NCBI GenBank assembly: GCA_963726245.1
Contig: CAVSBT010000012.1
Coordinates: 1-31,124, forward strand
Length of the DNA: 31,124 nt
Source: an uncultured Chloroflexia bacterium
GTDB taxonomy: Bacteria; Chloroflexota; Dehalococcoidia; DSTF01; JALHUB01
Reading direction: 5' to 3'
Part shown: positions 10,991 through 19,070 of the stretch, piece by piece
How positions within the stretch are numbered: the stretch's first letter is position 1
How the letters are laid out: each line of letters begins with the position of its first letter
Notes under the pieces: generated by a model
Told to the model about the DNA's origin: nothing
Databases searched by the model: none
The model's input: the letters and a program-made list of their open reading frames with translations, nothing else
Translations under genes and position numbers: made by a program

Positions 10991-11014
10991 CGGAAGCCTC
11001 CTTATGGCACGGCG

Positions 11015-11043
11015 AGTATAGCACGAGCACCCTAGGCTGACAA
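11015..11043 (-). promoter_or_regulatory. Sigma70-type promoter of the nusA operon
   Basis: TTGTCA-17 nt-TATACT with a TG extension. Confidence 0.78.
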
Positions 11044-11105
11044 TACCCTGCCGCCTTCTTTCCTCGCTGGGCCGTGCCACGTAGAATATGATTCTCGGCA
11101 CAGCC

Positions 11106-11747
11106 ATGGAACACGCTAATCAGCAGTGGATGCTCAAGGCCCTGCACGAGGCCGCTAACGAGCTGGCAAGCCAGCTCTTGGGCTTCAGCGAGCAGGACCT
11201 CTGCCGCCGGCCCGCCCCGGACGAGTGGTCGCTCAAGGAGATCGCCGCCCACCTCAGGGACGCCGAGGCCTGCTTCCTGGACCGCCTGCGGCTAATCGTG
11301 ACCCTGGACGAGCCCGACCTACCGGACATCGATGTCGATGCCTACGTGGTGGAGCGAGACTACCTGAGCCTGGATGTTGACGAGGTACTGCTGGAGTTCT
11401 CCCAGCTCCGGCGGCGCAGCTCCAGCCTCCTCTGGGACCTGGAGCCTTCTGAGTGGGAGCGCGAGGGCCTGCACCCCTACCGCGGCCGCCTCTCCGTCAT
11501 GCAGGTGGCCCGCGACATGAACGAGCACGACCTGGGACACCTCTGGCAGGTGCGCCGCCTCCGCCAGCAGATCGAGGAGGAGCGCAGCGCGGGAGGACCA
11601 GCGGGGCGGCTCCACGTAAGGACGGAAGCGGTATCTGAGCTCAGGGTCGCAGCATGCTGCTGCCCCTACGGCTCGCCCGCTACCCGAGGAGCGCCTTCTC
11701 CAGGCAGTCGAGGTGCTCCGCCTCGTGGTCGGTGGCCGAGCCCTTGA
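11106..11747 (+). CDS. DinB-family protein (putative metal-dependent thiol transferase); real stop probably near 11620
   Basis: RRPAPDEWSLKEIAAHLRDAE, GLHPYRG, HDLGH (His triad). The tail beyond ~11600 runs through a REP and overlaps the convergent gene. Confidence 0.82.
   Translation: MEHANQQWMLKALHEAANELASQLLGFSEQDLCRRPAPDEWSLKEIAAHLRDAEACFLDRLRLIVTLDEPDLPDIDVDAYVVERDYLSLDVDEVLLEFSQLRRRSSSLLWDLEPSEWEREGLHPYRGRLSVMQVARDMNEHDLGHLWQVRRLRQQIEEERSAGGPAGRLHVRTEAVSELRVAACCCPYGSPATRGAPSPGSRGAPPRGRWPSP
11616..11669. repeat. Degenerate REP-like palindrome cluster
   Basis: GTAAGGACGGAAGC (11616-11629) resembles the reverse complement of the 29679-29704 unit. AGGGTCGCAGCATGCTGCTGCCCCTAC (11643-11669) resembles the 19001/27665 palindrome. 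Confidence 0.65.
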
Positions 11748-12147
11748 TCACGTCGGCCAGCGCCGACATCCCGCCTGAGAAGTCAGGTATCTTCTTCGCC
11801 ATGAGGTCGTCGCCCGCGGATTCAACGGCCTTGATGCTGCTTTCGTGGCCGGCTCGGAACTCGGCCATGATCTCCTCAAGGGGCCTGTCCTGGCGCGCCG
11901 CCACCTGCTCGGCGTTCCAGCGATCGACGTCAAAGCCAGCGCCCATGCTCTGCGCGGACTGAGCCATCATGACGAAGAAGGCGGCGGAACCGGAGGTAGA
12001 CGCAAGGTGGCAGAGGAGCTGCTTCGCGGTCCACCCCACGTAGACGACTTTGCTCAGGTCCTCCTCACACCTCCCGGCGACGAGTCCATCCAGGCGGCGG
12101 GACGATTGCTGGTACGCGCTGATGATCTCCTGCTTGCTGGCGACCAT
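11680..12147 (-). CDS. DinB superfamily / MDMPI N-terminal-like protein
   Basis: GWTAKQLLCHLA, DRWNAEQVAAR, DHEAEH (His triad). Confidence 0.78.
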   Translation of the reverse strand: MVASKQEIISAYQQSSRRLDGLVAGRCEEDLSKVVYVGWTAKQLLCHLASTSGSAAFFVMMAQSAQSMGAGFDVDRWNAEQVAARQDRPLEEIMAEFRAGHESSIKAVESAGDDLMAKKIPDFSGGMSALADVIKGSATDHEAEHLDCLEKALLG

Positions 12148-12200
12148 GGCTTCTCCCCCGCCGGCGGCTCCTGTCCGCGTTGCGACTCACCGCCGGCACC

Positions 12201-14056
12201 TCAGTCGGCCGTATCAGGCTCGGCCGACACGTCAGCGTCGAAGTCCCTCACCCGGCCTGCCGGCGCGGCTATCTCGATCACCGCCGCCAGGAGGTCATCG
12301 GCCTCCCGCACCGGCGCCGAGCAGATTGTGCCGTAACAGACGTAGGCGGCCGGCGACGGCTCGGCGGGCAGGATTAGGGCCTCTAGTCTAGCGGCGTCCC
12401 TCAGTGGGTGCAACACGTCCACAATGCGTGCTGCCACCGGCAGGCGGAGTGCTGCCACGTGGAGCGCTGCGGTCGCCGGCTGGGCGGGGTCACCCACGAT
12501 CCGCACCTCAGGCGGCGGGTCCAGAAACAGGTCGACGGCGCGGGCATAGGCGGCGGCAAAGTGTCCCATCACCTCCTGGTCGCCGCTGAAGGCCTCCAGG
12601 GTGCGCCGGGCCACCTCTTCGTAGTCCGGCCGGCGCATCAACTGGGCGAGGCGCAGGAACACCTCGGCGGCAGCGGCGTTCTCGGCCAGCGGCTTCTGGC
12701 GCACGTCCAGGCGACCGACTGCTTCGTGGCCTTTCGACACGTCGTAGAAGCCGCCGCCGTGAGCGTCGGCGAAGCGACCGACCAGCAGAGCGGCCAGTTC
12801 TTCGGCGCGCTCCAGGTAGGCGGCTTCGGCCGACACTTCGAATGCGTCGAGGAGGGCGCGGGCGGTGAAGACCTGATCGGCCAGCAGCCCGGGCTGGTGG
12901 GGGCTGCCGTCGAAGAAGCGGTACATGCCGCCCTCGGGCGCCCTGCACTCCCTCCACAGGAAGTCCAGGGTGCGTCTCGCCCTCTCGCCGAGGTCGGGCC
13001 GGCCGAGCGTCCAGGAGGCCTCCAGGTAGGCGGATGCGGCCATGGCGTTCCAGCTCGTGTAGACCGTGCGGTCCACGTAGGGGGCTTGGACCCTCTCGCG
13101 CTCGGCGCCCGTCAGCGCATAGAAGTCCTCGTCGGCATCCTGGCTGCCGCAGAAGGCGCCGGTCTCAGGGTCGCTGAGCCAGCGGTCCATGTACTCGATG
13201 ACGCGGAGGGCGGTGTCGGCGTGGGCCTGCTCGCCGCTGATGCGGTAGAGGCGGAGCAGGTTGCGCAGGAGGTTGCTGTTGTCCTCCAGCATCTTCTCGA
13301 AGTGGGGGACGCTCCAGTCGCGGTTGGTGGCGTAGCGGAAGAAGCCGCCCCACTCGCGGTCGAAGATGCCGCCGTCGGACATCCGCTCAAGCGTCTTGCG
13401 CGCCATGTGCAAGAGGTCAGGGTCATGCTGGCGCTGCCCGGCGTGGAGGAGCAGGTCGAGCACATCGCTGTGGGGGAACTTGGGAGCGGTACCGAAGCCC
13501 CCATAGACGGGGTCATAGGCATCGGCTGCCGCCGCCAGCACCTGCTTGACGATGTCGGGCGACAGCTCGTCGCCGTGGACCGGCGCCGCCGCCCGCTGAC
13601 GGCCGGCCCGAATCTCCCGCACCTTCGCCTCGATGGCTTCGCGGTTGGTCTGGAAGTGCGCGCTCACCTGGTCCAGGACCTGCCGCATCTGGTCGGGCGG
13701 GACGTAGGTGAGCCCGGCCAGCACCTCGCCCTCCGGGAGTGAGGAAGTGCGGTGGTCGGCCAGCCGCCCATGTTGTAGCGGGCGTTCACGTCCGGGCGCT
13801 GGTCGTTGTCGACGCGGACGGGCACGTAGCGCTCGTTGATTAGCGAGATGACCTGCTCGTCCGAGTAGGACGTCTCGTCCATGACGTGGCACCAGTGGCA
13901 CCAGACGGCGGAGATGGCGAGCAGGATGGGCTTGTCCTCGCGTGCCGCCTCCCGGAAGGCCTCCTTGCCCCAAGGCCGCCACGCGATCTCGCGAGCGCGG
14001 TTGGGTCGCGGCGAAAAGTGGAAGCGACGGGAGACACGGCCTTTGGCGCCGGCCAT
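12201..14056 (-). CDS. YyaL/SSP411 family protein (DUF255 thioredoxin domain plus alpha/alpha barrel), indels at ~13735-13750
   Basis: GGAGGGAGG SD. WRPWGKEAF, KPILLAISAVWCHWCHVMDETSY and GGWPTT in one frame; GGFGTAPKFP, GGFFRY, WSVPHFEKMLEDN and AYVCYGTICSAP in another. Confidence 0.88.
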
Positions 14057-14136
14057 GACACCTCCCTCCCTCCTGGCCGGTTAAGCCCGATAAAGTAAGT
14101 CTAAATTCAGTATACTTCCCGAAGGGCGCGAACGGG

Positions 14137-14567
14137 TCAAACGGTGCCGCGTTCCTCCGCCGCACCTCCATGGCGATGTGTCCCCAGCCGCCGCAGCGGA
14201 CGCCTACGTCGAAGCAGCCCGTCCGGTTGAAGCGCAGCGAATTGGGATCGGCGCCCGCGTACAACAACTCGTTGCTGGCGAAGATAAGGGTAGCCAGAGC
14301 GTGGAGCGCATAGATGCAGACGCGGCCGGGGCACATGCCTGTGATGAGGTTACCCGCCCCATCAAACACGAAGCGGTCTCCCACTTTATGTTGACTGTTG
14401 CACCCGTGCGACTCCACCACCTCGGCGACGATGGTCTTCCGCATTAGCTCCGCGCCTTTGGCCAGCACCTCCGCGTTGCGGGGATCGGCCCGAAAGAGGG
14501 CCATCTCCTCGTCGCTGTAGCCCAGGTGCTGCTGGAAGAACTTCCAGGTGTTCTCATCGACCGGCAT
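14137..14567 (-). CDS. Cys-rich TIGR04076-like protein; indel near 14160, true end ...MEVRAEERGTV*
   Basis: GGGAGG SD. IVAEVVESHGCNSQHKVGDRFVFD...CPGRVCIYAL...CFDVGVRCGGWG. Restoring one G gives a stop at 14139-14137. Confidence 0.62.
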
Positions 14568-14581
14568 CTTGATCCTCCCTT

Positions 14582-15733
14582 CTAGGCGTGCGGGTGGTCG
14601 TGAACGGGGTAAGGCCTGCCTTTGGAAGCACCCCGCATGACCAACAGCTCGTGCGCACTAGCGGCCGGGATGAACACGTCCTTGTCCCTCTTCTCCAGAC
14701 GCAGCGCCTCGGGCGGACAGGCGAGGGTGCATACGCCACACCCCAGACAGCGCTCAAGGTCTATCTCGGCGACCGCGCTCTCGTTCATCTTGATGGCGGT
14801 CACCTGGCAGCGGTCCACGCAGGCCTCGCAGCCGTTGCAGAGGTCATCATCGACCGTCGCCCAGTAGCTGGAGGGCGCCACCGCATGCGGGACGTCCAGC
14901 AGGGTGATCCCTCGCAGGTTGTGACAGGCATGACTGCAGCAGTTGCAAATGAACCAGTAGTCCTCCTTCGAGTTCATCGTGGTGTGGACCAGGCCCGCTT
15001 CTGCGGCTTGCTTGAGCACCTCCACCGCCTCATCGACTGACACGGGACGGGCTCTGGGAGGACCGTCCACCATCTGGGCCGGGTCGAGCACCGGCAGGCC
15101 GGGCACGTCGCCGCCGTAGAGCTCCAGGCCGAAGATCATGCAGACGTCCAAGGGATCGTCGCAGTTGCGGACGGCCTGGCGGCACATGCAGGGGTAGATG
15201 GCCGGGCTGGAGGACTTCTGGACTATCTGAACAGCGTCCTCGTAGGGCAGGACCTGGTCCTTGGGGGCTTCAATGGCCGGGACCGCCCGCCCCACCTGGA
15301 TGGATCCGTTGTGCAGCTCACGTCCCCAAGCCTCGAGGAAGTACTTCTCCCACAGATCGCCCAGTCTGTCGAGGTCCGGAGACGGCTGGCGCACGGCGAA
15401 AGGCATCTCAAACAGGCCCGGTATGATGTGAGGCAGGCGAAAGACGCGCACGTCGTCGGGCCGCTTGACGCCGCGGACGAAGAACTTGGAGGCCATCGCC
15501 GTCAGGATCGGCGCGGCCTCGTCCGAGCTCATGCCCGCCCGCTTGGCAATCGCCTCCTCGGGCTCCAGGTCCCAGGTCATGTGGGCGGCCAGGTGAGCCT
15601 CCTCCGGCTCGTAGCAGAACTTGAGGATCTCCATGAACGTGTCAGTATCGGGCGCGCCGAGCGGGTGTTGGGCGAATCGCTGCTGAAGCGCCCGATAGGG
15701 CTTGTCCATTTCCAGCCAGGTCTTGGAGCTCAT
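14582..15733 (-). CDS. 4Fe-4S dicluster domain protein with N-terminal HTH-like region
   Basis: CMCR-x4-C-x6-C and ICNCCSHAC motifs, plus two ferredoxin motifs CNGCEACVDRC and CLGCGVCTLACP. Confidence 0.85.
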   Translation of the reverse strand: MSSKTWLEMDKPYRALQQRFAQHPLGAPDTDTFMEILKFCYEPEEAHLAAHMTWDLEPEEAIAKRAGMSSDEAAPILTAMASKFFVRGVKRPDDVRVFRLPHIIPGLFEMPFAVRQPSPDLDRLGDLWEKYFLEAWGRELHNGSIQVGRAVPAIEAPKDQVLPYEDAVQIVQKSSSPAIYPCMCRQAVRNCDDPLDVCMIFGLELYGGDVPGLPVLDPAQMVDGPPRARPVSVDEAVEVLKQAAEAGLVHTTMNSKEDYWFICNCCSHACHNLRGITLLDVPHAVAPSSYWATVDDDLCNGCEACVDRCQVTAIKMNESAVAEIDLERCLGCGVCTLACPPEALRLEKRDKDVFIPAASAHELLVMRGASKGRPYPVHDHPHA

Positions 15734-15806
15734 GTGATCGAACCTCCTTCCGGACGACTACCCGGACCGGCCTACGGATCGCCGCAGGCACGGCAGCGAG
15801 GGCACG

Positions 15807-16304
15807 CTAGTTCCTCGGAGCGCCTAAGGCGCCAGGCCTGAACGATGGTTCGCGCCCCGCCATCTGATCTATGTGCATTCGGTCGTGCCGATACAGGGAG
15901 CGCAGCATCTGCAGGACGCTCATCTCTCCGAACAGCAGATGTTTGCCCTTCCTCGTCAGTTCATCCTCGGTGAGGCCTTGGATAGCGGCAATGGTGTCGC
16001 TGCGCGCCGACACAAGCTCCCGCACGAGGTCGGCAACGGGACGGGTTGCCGCGTCCGCATAGGCTGGAGGGTTGGGAGGTGGAGGCCCAACTTCACAGCC
16101 GGGCTCATCCCGGACTTTCATGGCCCATTCCAGCCATAGCCTCTCGAACGCCGCGAGGTGGACCAACTGCTCCTTCACCGACCATTCCTGCTCTGACGGG
16201 CGGCGGCCGGCCTCCTCTTCGCTCATCTCACGAACCTGACGCAGAAGCTCGCTCCGGTGAGACTCCAGCTTCTCCACAAGGTCATCAAGATCCGACTGGC
16301 CCAC
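15807..16304 (-). CDS. DinB-family protein
   Basis: GTG at 16304 after AAGGAGG. RRPSEQEWSVKEQLVHLA, GKHLLFG, HDRMH (His triad). Confidence 0.82.
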   Translation of the reverse strand: MGQSDLDDLVEKLESHRSELLRQVREMSEEEAGRRPSEQEWSVKEQLVHLAAFERLWLEWAMKVRDEPGCEVGPPPPNPPAYADAATRPVADLVRELVSARSDTIAAIQGLTEDELTRKGKHLLFGEMSVLQMLRSLYRHDRMHIDQMAGREPSFRPGALGAPRN

Positions 16305-16351
16305 GATAACCCCTCCTTGTCCATCTGTACACAGCAGCCGCCCGGCCGCCC

Positions 16352-17518
16352 CTACCACCGCTCGTCTTTCAAGAGCCTCCTGGCGATGGTCAGGCGCTGC
16401 ATCTCTGAAGTGCCCTCAATGATGGTGAGGATCCTCACCGACCGGTAGACCCTCTCCACGTTGGTCTCCCGTAGGCATCCTACTCCACCGTGAATCTGGA
16501 CAGCCTCGTAGGCGGCACGGTTGACCATCTCCGAGCAGTATAGCTTGGTCATCGCCGCCTCTCTACGGATATCCTGCCCCTGGTCTCGCATCCAGGCCGT
16601 CCGCAAGACCATGTTCTCGGCGGCAAAGAGCTCGGTAGCCATGTCGGCCAGCTTGAACTGGATGGCCTGGTAAGTGGCGATGGGCTTGCCGAACTGGCTC
16701 CTCTGCTTGGCGTAGTCAGCGCTCATCTTGAGAAGACGCCGGGCTGTGCCCACGGCCATGGCCGCCGTCTTAACACGATTGGCATTGATCCAGTCCAGGG
16801 CCAAAATGAGCCCGTAGCCTTCCTGTCCCAGGACGCTCTCGGCCGGGACCCGGCAGTCGTCGAAGACCAGCTCGCCCTGGTATCCCGTGAAGCCCATGCA
16901 GGCGTGCGACCGGCCCACGGAGAAACCCGGCGTCTCCTTGTCCACGAGGAAGCAGGTTATGCCACCCATCGCTCCCAGTTTCTCATCGGTCACAGCGAAG
17001 ACCATCGCGAAGTCGGCCTGCACGCCGTTGCTGATGATGTTCTTGGTGCCGCTGAGCAGAAACGCCCCGTCCTTCTTCTGTGCCTTCGTCTGAAGCGAGG
17101 TGGCATCGGAGCCAGCGTCAGGCTCCGACAGGGCAAAGCAGGTGGTGACCTCGCCCCTCATCAAAGGGTCGAGATACTGTTCCCTTTGCTTCTCGGTGCA
17201 GGCCAGCAGGACGGGTGTGGGTCCGCAGCCACCCCCGAGCACGTCTTCGAAGAAGACAGTGTCGTGGAAGTACGCCTCCATCTCCAGGAGACAGCGGTCG
17301 CAGAAGGAGATGCCACCCCCGCCTACCTCTTGCGGCATGTCCAGAGCGTAAAGCCCCAGCTCCCTCGACCGCAGTCGCACCTGCTTGCGCAGCTCTTTCG
17401 GCGGGGCGACGTCCCATGTGAGGTTGTGCTCCTTCTCGAGAGGGATCACCTCCTCAATGACGAACCGCCGCAGGGTCTGCCGGAGCATTTCGATCTCTTC
17501 GGGTACCGTGAAGTCCAT
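16352..17518 (-). CDS. Acyl-CoA dehydrogenase
   Basis: FALSEPDAGSD, GTKNIISNG, RSQFGKPIA, AVQIHGGVG, catalytic IIEGTSEMQR. Confidence 0.95.
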   Translation of the reverse strand: MDFTVPEEIEMLRQTLRRFVIEEVIPLEKEHNLTWDVAPPKELRKQVRLRSRELGLYALDMPQEVGGGGISFCDRCLLEMEAYFHDTVFFEDVLGGGCGPTPVLLACTEKQREQYLDPLMRGEVTTCFALSEPDAGSDATSLQTKAQKKDGAFLLSGTKNIISNGVQADFAMVFAVTDEKLGAMGGITCFLVDKETPGFSVGRSHACMGFTGYQGELVFDDCRVPAESVLGQEGYGLILALDWINANRVKTAAMAVGTARRLLKMSADYAKQRSQFGKPIATYQAIQFKLADMATELFAAENMVLRTAWMRDQGQDIRREAAMTKLYCSEMVNRAAYEAVQIHGGVGCLRETNVERVYRSVRILTIIEGTSEMQRLTIARRLLKDERW

Positions 17519-18035
17519 GTTGCCCTCCTAACCGGACGGTCATTACCCGGAGGCACTCCTGACCGAGAGCCTTGGCGCAGGGGACGGCTGGCGGGTCCTC
17601 AGCCAGAGGCAGGTTCACCGCGTCGTGCCAGCCCTGAATGCGATCGAAGGCGGCGCAGCAGTAGGAAGAAGCTATCCCGGCCTTGGTGACCTTGTCATGG
17701 ATGAAGCAGCGCCTGATCCATCCCCCGTAGGAATGCCTGTCGATCACCCAGAGATCGAATGCCATCAGCGGCGGCGGTACGAAGAAGCGCATGGCCTGAT
17801 CCATCACTTCCACCAGTCCTCGCACAGTCCTGGGCCTTTCGATGCCAAACGCGGCCACGAAGCGGCGCATCTCGGCCTCGCCCAGCGCGCGACAGACCCG
17901 CCTGTTGAGCCGGTTCGCCGCCTCCACGCCGAACTCCTCCGCCACGCTCGTGAACCAGCGGGCGTCATGCGAGTACCAGCAACGCCGCAAGAGATCCTTC
18001 TGCGCGTCGTCAGTCAGCAGAGGCTTCTCGCTCAT
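17454..18035 (-). CDS. DUF6125-like protein; real stop probably ~17527, as the overlap with the next gene suggests an indel
   Basis: CWYSHDARWF...EEFGVEAANRLN N-terminus and Cys-containing C-terminus (RCFI, YCC, PC...EC). GAGGGGG SD before ATG 18035. Confidence 0.6.
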   Translation of the reverse strand: MSEKPLLTDDAQKDLLRRCWYSHDARWFTSVAEEFGVEAANRLNRRVCRALGEAEMRRFVAAFGIERPRTVRGLVEVMDQAMRFFVPPPLMAFDLWVIDRHSYGGWIRRCFIHDKVTKAGIASSYCCAAFDRIQGWHDAVNLPLAEDPPAVPCAKALGQECLRVMTVRLGGQHGLHGTRRDRNAPADPAAVRH

Positions 18036-18048
18036 CTCCGACCCCCTC

Positions 18049-18096
18049 AGAAACAACAGCAGCCCAATCTGACCGCACAGGCGGTCCTATTGGGCT
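18049..18096 (-). terminator. Intra-operon terminator-like hairpin
   Basis: AGCCCAAU-AG-GACCGC-CUGU-GCGGUC-AG-AUUGGGCU followed by GCUGUUGUUUCU. Confidence 0.6.
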
Positions 18097-18131
18097 CTGG
18101 ATTCCGACCTCTGGCCTCTCTTCTCAGCCTC

Positions 18132-18317
18132 TTAGAGGCACGGCGTTCTTTCCGGCGCGCTCACCATCCTCCTCTCCTCCACCCACGGGATCCGGTGGAC
18201 CCTCTTGCAGCGACGACAGAGGATCTCGATCCCGTCAGGGGAGACCTTGGCGAGGAGATTCCCACAGAGACAGCGTTCCTCCAGCGGCTCGTCCGCCTTT
18301 GGCCTTCTCGGCTCCAC
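18132..18317 (-). CDS. Small zinc-finger protein resembling the phage Mu Com family (61 aa)
   Basis: ERCLCGNLLAK...IEILCRRCKR matches the Com pattern RC..C.KLL.K...IEI.CPRCK. AAGGGAG SD before the GTG. Confidence 0.68.
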   Translation of the reverse strand: MEPRRPKADEPLEERCLCGNLLAKVSPDGIEILCRRCKRVHRIPWVEERRMVSAPERTPCL

Positions 18318-18931
18318 GGGGCTTCTCCCTTACCGATTCCAGATAGAGCCTTCCCCAGTCCTCGACTTTGCCGTGGTCCAGCTCGGCGTCCATGCCAAGC
18401 AGATGAATAAGGTCGAACGCCAGGCCTATGGCCATGAAGTGCCAGGCCGCGACGCGGGAGTCGATGTCACGCCTCACGAATCCGCGGGCCTTCCCCGTCT
18501 CCAACGTCTCCTCGATGAAGCGAACCATGGACGAGGAAGCTCTCGCTGACCGTAGCCCGGATCTCCGGGTCGTCGGCCTCGGACAGGGCCTCGAAGAACA
18601 TCTTCATGACGGGCGACCGGCTCAGCACGTGCTCGTAGTAGCCAAGGCCCATGATCCGGATGACATCCAGCGGGTCCGACACCTGGTCGCCGACATGCTG
18701 CCATATGCGGAGGAGACGCGGCCCCGTCGCCTTGAGGGTAGCGACGTACAGGTCTCTCTTGCCGGAGAAGTAGCGATAGAGGGCGGGCTCCGAGACGCCA
18801 GCGGCCTCGGCAAGCTCGGCGGTGCCCACCTTGGCGTAGTTGGAGTTAGCGAAGACCGCCTGGGCCTTCTCCAGGATGAGGCGTCTTCGTTCCTGGGCCG
18901 GTCGCTTGGGTGCTCGCTTCGTTGTCGTCAT
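18235..18931 (-). CDS. TetR/AcrR family regulator, indel near 18532
   Basis: RRRLILEKAQAVF...TAELAEAAGVSEPALYRYFSGKRDL HTH. The C-domain continues in another frame (GKARGFVRRDID). Confidence 0.9.
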
Positions 18932-18936
18932 AACAA

Positions 18937-18952
18937 TAGTGAATGTTCACTA
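18937..18952. promoter_or_regulatory. Probable TetR operator
   Basis: Perfect 7-2-7 inverted repeat TAGTGAA-TG-TTCACTA between the promoter and the tetR ATG. Confidence 0.78.
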
Positions 18953-18961
18953 ACATGACGC

Positions 18962-18990
18962 ACGCTAGCACGCCGCGGAGAGGTTGTCAA
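18962..18990 (-). promoter_or_regulatory. Sigma70-type promoter of the tetR operon
   Basis: TTGACA-17 nt-TAGCGT with a TG extension. Confidence 0.7.
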
Positions 18991-19000
18991 GAGGAACACG

Positions 19001-19059
19001 GTAGGGGCGCAGCATGCTGCGCCCCTACGAGTGGGTGGTGGGCTGAAGCCCGCCGCTAC
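19001..19059. repeat. REP-like doublet
   Basis: Perfect 28-bp palindrome GTAGGGGCGCAGCATGCTGCGCCCCTAC (19001-19028) plus GGTGGGCTGAAGCCCGCCGCTAC (19037-19059). Confidence 0.82.
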
Positions 19060-19070
19060 ATTATCGCAGG

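Noticed and set aside
12201-14567. 788-aa ORF that looks like a novel TIGR04076-YyaL fusion
   Set aside because: Artefact of indels at ~14160 and ~13740. The middle is off-frame, and the real YyaL N-terminus has its own SD and ATG at 14056.
18132-18317. Com-like gene as evidence of a prophage
   Set aside because: No mom, structural, integrase or transposase genes are nearby; the gene is embedded in a metabolic operon.
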